Counted from the first letter of the stretch, positions 41,300 to 55,177 are shown. The stretch is 64,000 bases of DNA from Callorhinchus milii (GCF_018977255.1 NW_024704743.1:91824001-91888000), one strand, 5' to 3'. Notes: generated by a model not told the origin, from the letters alone. Numbers and translations are program-made.

Positions 41300-41562
41300 A
41301 AGAATCCAGTTGTTAGTCGATTGGCGGATGGCTTTTCTGGGGGTAATAATCCCTTAAAAACACACATATATATATATAATAATTTGGTCACTCAATCCAC
41401 GACTGTTTGCAAGATATTTGGTATAGCGTCTTATTACATCTTTAAGACGTCTCTAGGCACTGCACAGAATATGCTGTAAAGTGAATTGACTGTATATTTT
41501 GTGGGCGAAACGTGGCAGCCAATTGCGCACAGCAGTGTCCCACAAACAGTTGTGGATTGAGT
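41300..41562. mobile_element. Rearranged family A SINE (plus-strand middle joined to inverted 3' part)
   Basis: 41300-41409 is sense, 41411-41562 is antisense; 20-bp inverted overlap at 41390-41409 / 41543-41562. Confidence 0.8.
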
Positions 41563-42772
41563 TACATTGGTAAGATCTGAAATACTTTGGAGTTGTTGTT
41601 TATGCTATACAAATGTAATCTTCTTGTTGTTATGATTTATTTTGCAATGCGTACAAAGGCGGACAACACACTGAATTGATATTTGTATTGGTGGCAACAC
41701 ATCCTGGACATTGTTGTGTGGAGACCGCTGTGCTATGAAGATATTTTTGTTCTTCAACAAAATCCAGTGGTAGGATTTAAATACACAAATTATATTCTAA
41801 TGCATGTTAATGAACAAGTTGTAATTTTGTATCAGGTGCCAAGATAAGCCTCTGAAGTGCAAAGCCAGTTAAGAGATAATCCATATTCTCTTTAATGATT
41901 GTTTTAAAGCATATTGAAATGTTTTAATATCGTCTTGGATAACATTTTATTCATTTTAATGTAAAATTAAATTTGAATTTCAGGACCATGATTTTTCCAC
42001 TTTTGTACAATCTATGCTTGGTTCACGGCCGATATCGTTGCCTATTGTTTGCATGTGTTAACAGTGTAGCAATGGAATACAGAGTAATTAAACTCATTCT
42101 TGTTATTCTTGTCTCTACGCTATGGGATTTATTGCGAGACTACATCTCTCCAGCATTCTCCTCTCTGACCTCCACAACTCCAACTCATACAAAACTCCAC
42201 AGCCTGTGATCTCTCTCACACTAAGCTTCGCATGCGCATTGACCTTCATTCTTCAAGTTTCCACTGGCTCTCAGTACCTCAATGAATTGGCATCAAAATC
42301 CTTGTCCTGACTTTCAAATTCTTTCATCATCTTCACATTGTCTCCAATGCAATCTCTCCAGCCTTATTTTCCGCAAGCACCCTCTGCTCTTTTGACCTGC
42401 TGTCTGCTTTATTGTGTGTTCCTCACTCTCTCTGTCTCATCAAGAAACCAAACTGTTTTTGCAAGATTTGCAAAAACATTTTCTGAATATCACAAACTAA
42501 ATTGCTTCTGATATTCACAAGCTGAAAAAAATCACAACAAATCTGATTTATGAATCCTGCAATTCAGACCTCATTTTGTACTATGTTGTGTCCATATAAT
42601 GAAAATTGAATTTGAAAAGGAAGTCAGCCTGTGAGACCTGTGATTATTTCATGCTATCTTAAATTTACCCAATAATGGACTTTTTCGTAGAAGAGTTTTC
42701 CAACATTTCCCCATTCATTCTTTCCCTAAATGGTTAAGGAAATAGAACTCCGGAAGATCTGTAATCCTAAAC

Positions 42773-42956
42773 TCAGTGCTATATATCCCAGACCATATAT
42801 TATAATCAGGGATACATATCCCAAACCATGTTTTATATTTACGATTATATATTCCAGGCTTATACATTCCAGACCATATATTATATTCAGTGTTATATAT
42901 CCCAGACCATATATTATATTCAAGGTTATACCTCCCAGTATTATATATGCCAGTGC
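42773..42956. repeat. ~33-bp AT-rich minisatellite, about 5 units
   Basis: Unit like cagtgttatatatcccagaccatatattatatt. Confidence 0.9.
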
Positions 42957-43799
42957 AGTTGCCTTCCTTGCTGTGACATTTATTTTGATCTCGGTAGCTC
43001 AGGAATCAATATGAATCACACAAAATGCAATCATCTGTGTCTGTCATTACCCTTAGAACTCTCAATGCTACCCTACCAAACGGCATTACATCTTTGTTTT
43101 CTACTGAAATATAATTATAACTATTACAACTTTAAAAAGCAAAACATTTATAAAAAAGAAACAACTGGCATAGTTCCAGATTTACAAATTTTAAAAAAAG
43201 ACTGCTGTCAAATCCAAATTGATCCATGTGCTGTTATGAATATACGTGTAATCTTGTCACTTGTGAACTGTGGGCCATAGGATGGTGGCAATGCTTTCAA
43301 TCACTTCTTGATGAGCTGTGCTGCTGACCAGAAAGCTTAACAGGGAATTTCTAGTACATACCACCCACTAAGTAGGGTCAAACTAAACCCGTGCTTGTTG
43401 GATGTCAAAGGACCAACCAATGACTATCCTATGGGGAGTTGGGGGGTTAGTAGGGTCAACTTGAAGCTGAAATGGCTCCATGGTTCTTGGCAATGGAAGG
43501 TCAGAATCGATTCAACCTCTGTGGTGGTCTGGTAGTCTGTTTCCTGAAATAGAGGGATCCGCAGGACTCCAGGGCCAAGGTCATTGGCAAGATTTAGAGG
43601 AGCAGACTAATCTCTGGATGAACAATTCTTTCCACTCACTTCCTGGTCACCCTGCAAGCTATAGCTCTAAAGGGTAGGGTAGTCCAAGCTGGATAAATAG
43701 CAACAACAATAAACAACAAATTGCATTTATATAGGACCTTTCACGTTGGGAGCTGGACAATGAGGGGATTGCATCAGAGCTGTGGATTGAGATCAGAGA

Positions 43800-44092
43800 A
43801 AAAACAGCAGGAGCTTGCCAGACCATACTCTCAATAGCAATTCATAGGTTTTAGTTGTATACTACCACAAAGCCTTGGGACCCCAAGCATTGGCTCTTGC
43901 CAACCTGCACCTGATACATTCCAAAATTAGGCAAGCAGGGTGCAATTGCTCCAGGGAGAGAGTGCACATTCAATTCCAGATATCGTGAAATTTCAAGTGA
44001 AGAGTGAAGTACATAGGTGGAACTCTCAGTCTGGTTTGGATAATCTTAATCATGGTGATGGGTTTCCATGTGCATCAGACACCTGGCTTGTT
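43800..44092. repeat. Unclassified dispersed repeat, copy 3 of 3, inverted
   Basis: Reverse complement similar to ~3400-3690. Confidence 0.7.
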
Positions 44093-44997
44093 TAGGAAAG
44101 TTTAATTGCAAACATATAGGCTCTGACACTTAAAGCATCATTTTGTTTCTTGTTCTCATATAGCTTTTTAACCAAGTAGCTTGTATTGTTGAACCAGCTG
44201 GCAAGGTAGAGACAGTACAATAGTAATGTAGCTGGCTGTTTGCTCTTCGCTGTAAAACTGAATGACAATTTCATTTGAAAACGTCCATTAAATGCTTGAA
44301 CCATTATTTATATAGGGACCCAAATGTCAGCATTTGTAGCATTCCATTGAACCCACTTAAAGATAAAGTACTTCTTTTGTAGTCTAAAATGGGTTAGACT
44401 TCAAGACCATCGTAAATCAAACATGCACACTTTTATTTACATATCTAGAACATAGGGAGCAAAAGCAGCTATTCCGAAAAATAATCAGTATCATTTTTAA
44501 TAGTTTTCCAAAAATACACCAGCGTTTAAATGAAGCAGTTTGTCTTTACTAAATATAGCACAACCTTAGAATTGAATTAATAGAATTATATCATTGTTCT
44601 TTAGAATTTGCCAATTATCAGTAATGTATTGTGTGCCCTTCATGAAAATCTTCCTAAATCCACTTTGGAAATGTACTAGCGAGGGTAATTAAGTTTTTGA
44701 AGGGCTTTTTAACATTCAGTATTAAAACAGTGTGTGCAAACATGTGCTGCTCAAAATCCAAGTCACAGCCAGGTGTTTACCACAAGTCAGAACTGTAACT
44801 GTAAATGTTTGGATCATAAATTATATTAATGATTGGATATTGAGTGAGGTATATTGCCTGAAGATAGGGCAATTTTAGAAGTGCTTTCTGGTTGGCACAA
44901 GTATTCAGGAAGCATGGCTTTCTGATTTATATGTTTCTTGTAATACTGTAATGTGAAAATACACCTCATGTATTCTCTATTCAAGCTGTACGGAAGT

Positions 44998-45362
44998 ATA
45001 ATAATCCTTGCATTTTGATAACACGCTTTTTACGTCTTCTAGATGTCTCAAAACGCTTCACAGAATATACTGTAAAGTGAATTAACTGTATATTTATGGC
45101 CGAATTGCAGCAGCCAATTGCGCACAGCAGTGTCCCACAAACAGTTTGGATTGAAGTGACCAAATTATTATTATCTTTTTTGAGGGTTTATTATCCCCTG
45201 AAAAGTGATCCGTCAATTGACTAACAACCAGGTTCCTACTTACTGTGAGGTAAACAGAGGCATGTGGAGCAAGGAAACTTGCTCAACATCTCGCCCTGCC
45301 GGGAAGAGAACCCAGGTCTCTTGCTTGCAAGGCGAGTGCTCTAACCACTGAGCTACAGGACT
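44998..45362 (-). mobile_element. Family A SINE, long subfamily, full length
   Basis: Head gtcctgtagctcagtggttagagcactcgccttgcaagc on the minus strand, Deu core, tail. Confidence 0.92.
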
Positions 45363-45604
45363 GAACAATAGGGAACCAAATTTCTATTTGATTGTGCTGA
45401 TTCTTCCAGTGCACGAAAAAGCAATAAATGCTTGAGTTTAATTAGAGCACAACAACAACAACTAATTCCACTTAATAGTGCCCTTCATGTAGGGTAGTTT
45501 CACAGAGCGCCTCACAGTGGCCGAATCTGAATCCGAGGCGAGGGGGGGGGGGGAAGGTGGCCGTAGGCATGGTCGAAAAGGAAGGTTTTCAGGCAGGACT
45601 TGAA

Positions 45605-45998
45605 AAAGTTGTGGGTTCAACCTCCACATCAGGACTTGGAATTGATATAGCCACCATGCTGATCCTCCAAATTAGTGCTGCGGATGTGATACGTTGTTAG
45701 AGGTGCCATCCTTTGGATGAAATGTTAAACCAAGGTATGCCTGTTCAGGTGGATGTTAAAGATCCTTTAGCACTGTTCAAAAAGAGAAGGGAGTTTCTCC
45801 TGGTGTTCTGGCCAACAATCCCTCAAATAAAATTGGTCATCACTCCATGGCTGTTAAAAGGACATTGCTGTGCACAATTTTGCTGCAGTGTTCACCCACA
45901 GAGTACACTTGGTCACATCACTTTACAGTAAATCTTGTAAGTGCTTGGAGACCTGTTGCCAACATGATTAGGAATTATATCAAATGCAAGGATTATTA
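45605..45998 (+). mobile_element. Family B SINE
   Basis: gttgtgggttcaa head remnant, ggatgaaatgttaaacc..ttcaggtggatgttaaagatcc core, tail. Confidence 0.8.
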
Positions 45999-47511
45999 AT
46001 TCATCCTTTTGCATTATTTCAATACCCAATATCGTTCAGTGCATCTAATAAGTGACAGCATGGGTGACAAATGTATGACAAATTTGACATGATTATCATC
46101 CCATCAAATCTGTTATGAAATGTTACATTGTTCATCTCTATAAATAATATCATCAAATCAAATGGCAGCATTTTGGCTACCAACTTAAACTCACTGAGTC
46201 TCATATTTCTATTTAATCACAAGGCTATGAGCGGTAATGAGCTACCATGTCTAATAATTCAACTTTTTGGGTTTGATTGTTGTAGAGGCTCACATGAAAA
46301 GAACATACATTTCAAATGATGCCGGGACTCGATCCAATTTAAGTGTTGTCTTTTAGTGACTGTTAGACATATGTTCTAGTAAATGTCTGTGGATTATAGG
46401 TATCTTGAACCATGCCTTCGGTCATCTCCCCTCTCTTTCCAGCTCGGCGTCAAACCACACTGCTGTTAAGCCCTCAGAGAGACCACCTGCATGGAAGGCA
46501 CTGTATAAATGCAAGTTGTTGTTGTTATATTTCACATTACCGTTAACCCAATGTTTCAGCAATTACTAGACAATTTAAAGAATTGCAATACAGTACTTTC
46601 CAGCACAATTAGGCTTAATTATGAATATGATACAACAGTGGGAGATACAGAAAAGTTAACCCATTTCAGCTTTTCCTTCTGATAATTATTTCCAAAATTT
46701 ACTCTCAAATATTATATCTATGAAGTAGTCCCTGTTACTGACAGACAAGAATTGTTACTATTTCCAGATAAGTAATTGTGAGTTCAGAGAAAGGTTGGGG
46801 TGAAGCTTTGCACTGATTTCTCTGTTGAGTTGTTATGAAAAACAATGATGAGCTGGAAACGTAAGGGATTGGAACTAACTAGGTTACGCCTGCACTCAAG
46901 CCTGAGGTAGATTTTAAATGAACATCTTCTCCAATCCTCCTTGAATTAAAATAAGAAAGTTCAAGAACGAATCATTTCGAGAAACACCAGCAAGAAAGAA
47001 GTCTCACCGCAAGCTCCACTGCTGGGTTGAGCAGAAAGTGATGGAGGTGACAGGGCACTAAAAATCTCTTGATAAAAAACTGCTTCTTGTGGCAGAAAGA
47101 ATAAAGACTAAATAATGCTCTTCTCGAGGTTGAAAAGAGGGTGAGTGAATCAAACTTCAGTGTCTCTCTAGCTGTGAAAGTCATAGCCATTAAACTCCAA
47201 GGACCACCTATAAAAATCGGAACGAGAGCAGCCTGAAGCTCTACTCTTCTCTTATGATTCTTGTGATCTTGTACTGTAAAGAACTGCCGTCGTTCACTTT
47301 ATTTGTCAGATCAGATTGCCCCACTGCTAAACGTTTGGGTTGTGTCTGCACCCCCAAGCTTCAGTGATGAGTCCGCCATCATCAAGCCTGTCTGCGTTCC
47401 CCAGACCTGTCACCTCAGAACCACTGATCACCTCCTTCTCTCCCCCTCCCCCACACTGGCCTACTACCACTGTTACTGACGGTGGATATTTTTAGACATC
47501 CTACTCATTTT

Positions 47512-47762
47512 GGCAGTAAGTAGGAACCTGGTTGTTAGTGACTGATGGATCACTTTTCCGGGGGTAATAATTCCTTCAAAAAAAATAATAAATTGGTCAC
47601 TCAATCCACAACTGTGGGACACTGCTGTGCGTAATTGGCTGCCGTGTTTCGCCCACAAAATATACAGTCAATTCACTTTACAGTATATTCTGTGAAGCGC
47701 TTTGAGACATCTCAAAGACGTGATAAGACGCTATATCAAATGCAAGGATTATTATTATTATT
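47512..47762 (+). mobile_element. Family A SINE, long subfamily, 5'-truncated
   Basis: cagtaagtaggaacctggttgttag.. through the (TTA)n tail. Confidence 0.9.
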
Positions 47763-48160
47763 TGATTGACTTTATACAATATAATAATAATTATTACTAA
47801 TTATTATTATATTATTGACTTTGAAAGGCAAAACATTGAGAGGACATATATAGAGAATCTTTTTATCTTTTACATCATCTTTTGCATAGAGAATCACACA
47901 GAATGTTACAGCATGGTAGCAGGCAACTCAGTTCAACTCATCCATGTTGGTATTTACACTCCACACAAGTTCCACCCCTACACCTTGACTCCCCCCTTGT
48001 CCTCATATGTGCATTTTCTCTTAAACATATTGATGCTTATTGCATCAGCCACATCTTCCAGCAGTGAATTCTATGTTCTCAACCTCCTGTCTGTGATGAA
48101 GTTCTTCCTAACTCTCTATTAGATATGCTACTGGTTATCCCCTATTTATGCCAATATGTG

Positions 48161-48534
48161 GAGTCCTATAGCTCAGCGGTTAGAGCACTCGCCTTGCAAG
48201 CAAGAGACCTGGGTTCGATTCCCAGCAGGGCGAAATGTTGGGCGAGTTTCCTTACTCCACACGCCTCTGTTTACCTAGTAGCAAGTAGGTACCTGATTGT
48301 TAGTTGATTGGCAGGTCGCTTTTCTGGGGGTAATAATTACTTCAAAAATAATAATAATAATATGGTCACTCAATTCACGACTGTTTGTGGGACACTGCTG
48401 TGCGCAATTGGTTTCCGCGTTTTTCGCAGAAAATACACAGCCAATTCACTTTACAGTATATACTGTGAAGCACTTTGAAATGTCTCGAAGATGTGATAGT
48501 GCTATATCAAATACAAGGATTATTATTATTATTA
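48161..48534 (+). mobile_element. Family A SINE, long subfamily, full length
   Basis: A box tagctcagcgg, B box ggttcgattcc, Deu core, L2-like tail. Confidence 0.93.
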
Positions 48535-49479
48535 TATGAGGTTATTGGCAATGACTCTCATTGCTTCAGCGCAGCTCCACAACCTGGTCCTAGGCTTATC
48601 CTACAGAATTCAAGTGGGTCATTTTAAATCACTTGTCACTAAATCTTGGTTATTTACTAAAATGAGAATATGCTACAAAACAGCAGAAGATGGAACTCAG
48701 GTTTAAATTTGCTTTGCTGAATTTATAACTTTATTAAGTTTAGGGCTAGGTTTACTGTCGATTAAACAAAGCAGGGCGTAACTATCTGAAGTGGTTACAT
48801 TTGTTTTAAAAGTAACATCTGGACTAATCCAGTTGCAAAGACTGCATGATTGGAGCAGAGAATAGTACAAACAACAATTGCATTTACATAGCATCTTTCA
48901 CCTTGGAAGGACATCCCAACAACAAAAGAGCTGGTGCATGGAGAATGTTTATCACTTAACACAAGACAGTCATTCTTATTAATGGCCTGTGTGAAAAAAC
49001 TCCAGTATCACCAAACCCAAATTATACAGATCCATATTGAATAGTTGGAACATTGCCCAGTGTATTCAGTGAGTCATAATATAACCATATTTTACATCAG
49101 ATGTCATGCTGCCTTCAGATGCAAAGAGTAAAATAAATGTTCTGTTCTCTAGTCTTCTCCTATATGTTTGCAGTTACAAAACCATATAAAGTGTGATGTA
49201 CCATTTAATCTTACATCATCCTTTTTCACCCCCTCAGAACTTGAAATCAAGAGTTCTGTTAATCAGATGAATACAGGACAGCAGTAAATCACGACTGAGG
49301 CAATCCCCTCAGGCCAATCTTTGTGGCAGACATTTATTCAGTATCACTGTGCTGCACTTGAGAGACAGCAATATTTGTCATAGTGGAAACTACATGTCAC
49401 CTCTATTGTATGTTTGACAGAGCTATAGCAGAAGATAAGAATTTTTAAAGAATTACACACATTGCATATGAACACATAA

Positions 49480-49930
49480 ACATTAACACTTGCATCCAGT
49501 TTTTGGGCAACATATTATAGAAAGGGCTTCAGAGACATGGAATGAGTATAGTGAAGATTCACGAGGTTGATACTAAAAATAAGAGGTTATAGTTATGGAG
49601 AGAGAATTTGATAATTGGGGCAATTGTTTTTTGCTAAAATATTTGCTAGAGCAGAAACAACAAGAGCAACAAATTACATTTGTAAAGCGCCTTTCACATC
49701 GGAAGAACATCCCAAGAAGAAAAGGTTAAGGGAAGGTATAAGATGTTTTCAAAATTATAAATGGTTTAATGGGTTAAATAAAGAGATTATTTACACTGAT
49801 TGGTGAGTTTGTAACAAGTGGATATAACTTCAAGATTAGCACTGGGGAAACAAAAAGGGGGTTTAGAAAATGGATGTTTCTCCACAATTGGCTGTTGAAA
49901 CTGAGTCCATAATAATATTTATCAATGAAT
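49480..49930 (+). mobile_element. CR1 LINE 3' fragment with a nested L2 tail (~49655-49715)
   Basis: C.QF.....Y.K, RFTRLI...RGYSYGER remnants. Confidence 0.65.
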
Positions 49931-50511
49931 TGCATTTATTTTGCACGCATCAATTAAGGTAACATGTCAGAGTGTATCACAGAGATGAGGTTGGATACAT
50001 TGTTTTTCTTTTAACCTTTGCTGTCTACCAACACAGTCTCAACTGTTAAAGTCTCTTCCACGTAACTAAAATCTTTCATTCCTGGCACTTCACATCACCT
50101 CGTCTTTGACTCCTCCAGAAGATATAAAATCAAGAATTGTTCTGCTACTCGGATGATTATTTGTTCAAAAGAGAATTGGATGAACACTTTCAAGTTATTA
50201 AAGGAGGAAAAAGCAGGGGAAATTGATTAGAGGAGAGTTTCATTGAGAAGGCACCAACTGGACCGACATGCTGGGTTGAATGGTCTCCCTTTGTGCTACA
50301 AACTTTCTATAATTTGGAGAAGGGTTGCCAATAATTTTTTTTAAAAATTCCAAATTCTGCCTGATTTTGAGCTTTAATATGACAGTTTAGGTTAAATCTG
50401 TGTGAAAATTCAGTCCTCGGGTATGTAAACAATTGGGAAATCACCTCATAATGTGTAGTAACATTTTGAATTCTTTCATGTTACTCCAGTGTATATATTA
50501 TCCTATTTATA

Positions 50512-50642
50512 ATAAAACAGAAGGTGCTGGGAACTATCAGCAGGGCAGGCAACATCTATAGGGAAAGCAAAGCAAGTTAACATTTTAGGTTGAATGACCT
50601 TTCGTTAGAACAGTTCCAGCATCTGCAGTATTTTGCCTTTTA
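50512..50642. repeat. Penelope-type terminal-repeat remnant
   Basis: aaaacagaaggtgctggga..cagcagggcaggcaacatct..gttaacattttagg..gacctttcgttagaac..ttccagcatctgcagtattttg resembles a Penelope-associated repeat of cartilaginous fishes as I recall it. Confidence 0.5.
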
Positions 50643-52224
50643 TCCTATTTATACATCAGTTTTATTAAAAAGTATACGTCTTATTTTCTATTTGAAATTC
50701 CAGCGAAATAAATATTTAATAGACATTTTGTGTTGAATGCAATGAATGTCAGCAGCACACGTTAGCAGAGCAAAGCTAATTTCTCTTGTTTAGTGTCTTT
50801 CAGATCAAATCTGAAGAGGTTGCGAGGTTCCCTCTTGGAGTGTTGATCTGTTATAGCTGACTAACTGCTGATGTTACTCATTAAAATCCACATGTGCTGC
50901 AGCCCATTACTTGAAACAAGGAGGTTTCTTCTTATCATTTTAAACCACTTCAAACTGGTGTTATACATTAACATATAACAAAGATCCAATGTGTGTGAAT
51001 ATGTTATACATTGGAATAAATGAGTTTCACTAAAAAAAAGAAAATCACCTTATTCTGTGAAAAAATATTTCTGATGCCATATTTAGCATTTAGCTTTCTG
51101 TTGGCAGTGTTGCGTCTGAAGAGTAAGACTCTTACCAGTTGCATAGACAGTCAGAGAAGAGGATTTTAGCCTGACTCAGGGTTCTACACAGTTCATTAGG
51201 ATGAATCTGTAATATAAGGAACTATATATAACAACTTGGATTTCCCAGGTTAAAATCCACACATTACACCTGAAGGTGGTACTTTCACTCAATTCCCAAA
51301 ATAAAATAGTAATAATCATTGTGTTTGATGTAACCTTTAGCACATTGTTGAGACATCTCCAAGTGCTCCACAAGATTTTTCTGTGAAGTGGATTTGTAGG
51401 CAGTTTTTGTTAGAGGAAAATATCGAATTAAGACATAGGATAGTAGAGGGCAAATTCCTTGTTTTGAGTGTGGTTTGAATCCAAGGCATGACTGCTGTAT
51501 GATGCTTCAGTCGTTTTTTTGATGACCTATCTGCCAGGATAAACAGGCCAGGGTACGAGAGATCACAAGGAGGTGAATTACAGCATTTCTTTGGATAATC
51601 TTCAAACATCATCTCACTTCCAGATAAGTGAAATGCAGAATTTTGAAGAAACCTATAAGTTATCTCCTTCCCTACTTCACCAAAGTAGCAATTAGGGGAA
51701 AAGCAAAGCCATTTCAAATAACTTATTTTATTAAAGGGGGCACTCTTCTGACAGACTTTGATCTATTGTACAGGTAGAGAGTGAGCTATAGTATTTTGCC
51801 TTTTTAGGTATTAAATATTGGCGTATTAAGATATAATTGATGTTTCCACAGACAGGCAATAACTTCATAAATTACCAGTTGTGATGATCCTCATGAAGTT
51901 TAAATTGAGACCCTCTTTGTAACGTACTATAATATATTAATATATGCTAACACATGCTGATGAATGTACATTAATATGATATTGCTGGGGGTAATGATAC
52001 AAAAGCAGTCCAGAAGGAATATAACAGCAACAATGTTTCTCTCCATCTGAGCTTTGTATTCTTGTTAAACGGTTTGCTAAACAGCAAGAGCCTTTTTGCA
52101 AGATGACCAACCAATTCACTACAAATATCCAAAGGCCATTTTTTGGGTCAGTCTGATACATGCCGAAACCCATCACCATGCTTCAGAGTATCCAAACCAA
52201 ACTGAGAATTCCATGTATAATAAT

Positions 52225-52407
52225 GTAATAATAATAACTTGGTCACTCAATCCACGACTATTTGTGGGACCCTGGTGTGCGCAATTGGCTGCCGTGTTTC
52301 GTCCACAAAAATACAGAGTCACTGCACTTTTCAGTATATCCTGTGAAGCACTTTGAGACATCTTGACGACGTGATAAGGTGCTATATCAAATGCAATGAT
52401 TATTATT
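52225..52407 (+). mobile_element. Family A SINE 3' half
   Basis: Deu core and tail. Confidence 0.88.
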
Positions 52408-52565
52408 CGTAATGTGTATGACAGCTTAAACTCCGTTAAGTATCGACAGTGGACTCACTTAGCTTTTCCTTCTGGAAAGGGGAATAAGGTAAGGTTGCCT
52501 ATTGTTAAGGAAATGAACAGTAGATAAAATGTGCTACTGAGATGCACATGTTCAGGAGGTGCCAG

Positions 52566-53170
52566 TGTCGAACCCAATTACGATATGCGATTGCTCTTGA
52601 TGACCTGAAGCACAACAACGGAGTCAGTGCGGCGTTCAATTAACAAGTTTTATTTTCACACATGTGGGGTGTAGTATCGTGGCAACAACTGCTCGTGTGC
52701 TGCTCCCAACACTACACACTAAATGGGAGCAAGCACCTCACCTTTATACAAAATCTTATCGAACTATGAGTCAATCAATAATCATGAGGGGACCCTCTAA
52801 ATTGGTTACATTTCGACATAGTCTTCCTTGTGACCGGATGTCTGTTTTTACAAAGACAATTACTCTGTCCTTACAATTAAGTACATATAGGAAAAGGACA
52901 TTTTAAAGAATGACAAATGCTGATGCTGCTGAATGTTATCTGACCCCAGAACTGATTCCAGACATGACTTCAGGAGCGGTACCGATACTAGACATTTGCT
53001 TATCTATCTTTAAACAATGCCAATCACGAGCATTCGTGACAACTTCATAACAACATATATATTTCACTTAAGGCCAGGGGCCCCCCTGGCCTTTTGCCCT
53101 TTTGGTCTTAGGTCCTCACGTCCTGTTCATTTTGCTAACTCTGCAGAATGTGCGGAATTCACCTTCCACA
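52566..53170 (-). repeat. 3' LTR, 605 bp
   Basis: Direct repeat of 62043-62646; minus-strand CCAAT 52801-52805, TATAAA 52743-52748, AATAAA 52649-52654. Confidence 0.98.
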
Positions 53171-53182
53171 CTCCTCCCTTTT
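53171..53182 (-). other. Polypurine tract
   Basis: AAAAGGGAGGAG immediately before the 3' LTR start TGTGGAAGG. Confidence 0.92.
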
Positions 53183-53209
53183 ATCCCTGGGATAACCCTT
53201 CCGTGCTTT

Positions 53210-55177
53210 CTAGCCCTCGAGTGTACTGCTTTCCGAGAGGGAATCCGGAAAGGCATAGGGCATCTCGAGGTCACATTTATCACGTGGGGAAAATGGGCTA
53301 AGGTGTTGGTTAACGTGGACCATGTTCATGGTCATCATGGTGCGTGTAGTCTTTTTGCAACATTGTGTGCAACAAATGAGGGCACATTTAGTGATGAGAA
53401 CAATAAAAACAAGGATTAGGCCTATTTCCAATAGAACCTGGACAGCACTGCCCAACCATCCTAGCCCCATACCTTGCAACCAATTACCCAACCAATCCAG
53501 TAATCCTCCTCCAGAATGTATGATGATATTACTCGCATCATGCCCTGTTTGATTGATCTCTTTGGTAATGTTTGAGATAGAACCAGAAAAATCATCAATT
53601 GTTATGCAGCATTCAGGTCCAATGACCTTACACACTCCTCCCGTCACAGCTAAAACATAATCGAGGGCCATACGGTTCTGCATAGCCTATAGACGAATCT
53701 CAGACATCTCTTTGTTAACGAGAGCCAATGCCGCAGATGTATCAGAGGCCAATGTGGAGACCGCCTGAGAGAGAATGGCAATCTGGTCAAGGGCGCACAT
53801 TACTCCATAATTAGGGAGAAGAGCCCCGAGCATGCGATTCCACAGGATCTGGGAATGGGTGTGAAAAGGGTCGGCTCTGCGAGAGTGATGAACCTGGCGG
53901 GGAGGGAGTAGGCTGGAGGTATTTAGGACTAGTGGGGCCCGGGCAGAAGGCAGGGTATTGGTTAGACGAATCATAGGAAAATAATGAAAGAGAGCGCATC
54001 TCCCTTTGAAATTTGCCGGTAAGTAAGCATAGACAGTAGAATTGGAAACCCAATAAAAATCCTTATGAATCGGGGAAATGGCACAGCGCTGATTAACGGA
54101 GTATGTTATCATCCTGTGAATATGTGATGATAAAGTGACCTGGCAATCCCCGAAATTAGAAGGGAAAACAGCCACCGCAGCATAAGGATATGTGGTGTTG
54201 CAAAGGTGGGAATCCAGAAACTCCAGTGGTTCAGTCCCGGAAAAGGACTCGACGCAAAACAAAAAACCCGCATAGACCATAGTGGCAGTGCCAATCTTAG
54301 GGGGCTTGCCGCAGTCACGATTACACATTCGTGGCTTCCAGGATTGACGAGCACACTGCAATTCGTGTAATTCTTGGTGTAACAGGGAACAAGGTGAGGT
54401 TTGCCTAACTTGCAAATGAAAAAGGGAACAAAGCTCACAGGTAGACAATGGGAAAGCCATCATAGGGTACCCCATCTGGACTGACGGTGGGGACAATCCA
54501 CATACATGATGCTGGGATTTATTTCTGTGCAAGCTCACAGTCTGGAGCATTTGAATATAAACATTCCGCAATTGGAAAGGCTGGGGAGAATCTGCTGGTA
54601 AAAAGTCACCAAACAAATGTTGGTGCGCAGTTTTAAAGGGATACATGTCAACAAATGGAACGTCACGAGGAAGTGAGACCAGTGACGAGGAAGGCAAGTG
54701 AGGCTCAACTAAACCCTCGTGCCAGTCCTGAGACACCCCTGTATAAATTCTAGTCCCATAGGTACCAGGACGCAAAAACACGAGCTGGGTTTCGTTGGAA
54801 AACCGGGCGCGTTCAGTAGAGTACAAGCAAGACTCGGTAAAAGAACAGTGATAATAAATGGAACAATAACACATAATCATGGAGTTGTTATGGACGGATT
54901 GACATTGACCGGAATCCTTAGGACAGCTCAAATCGTCTGCGTATGATCTATCCTGAGCATTCCACAACAAAAAATGAACATTAAACAAGTAGGATCGTTT
55001 CTCAAGGGGTATATCAGTGTAACAAATGGCGGAAGAACAGGCTTCCGACTGATCATCAGATACGGTGAGATCACGGTTTAAGGAGATCAAAAATCAGTAA
55101 ACACCTCCCCCTGGGACAAGAGAGTAAGTATGGCAACATAGCAAAAACAATAAAAACATACAAAACAACAACCCCAT
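53210..55177 (-). pseudogene. env: env, 655 codons, with two in-frame stops (TGA 55094-55096, TAG 53687-53689)
   Basis: ATG at 55177 in attATGg context gives signal peptide MGLLFCMFLLFLLCCHTYS; in frame with ORFs 53687-55090 and 53210-53683; HSRR basic site, MQNRMALDYVLA immunosuppressive-like motif, CKVIGPECC (CX6CC), hydrophobic anchor and Cys-rich tail. Confidence 0.93.

Noticed and set aside
48161..48235. tRNA gene at SINE heads (also ~45290-45362, ~11657-11715)
   Set aside because: A and B boxes are present but there is no complete acceptor stem and each runs straight into SINE body
52664..52906. 80-aa ORF repeated at 62141-62383
   Set aside because: Antisense, GTG start, and duplicated only because it lies in both LTRs
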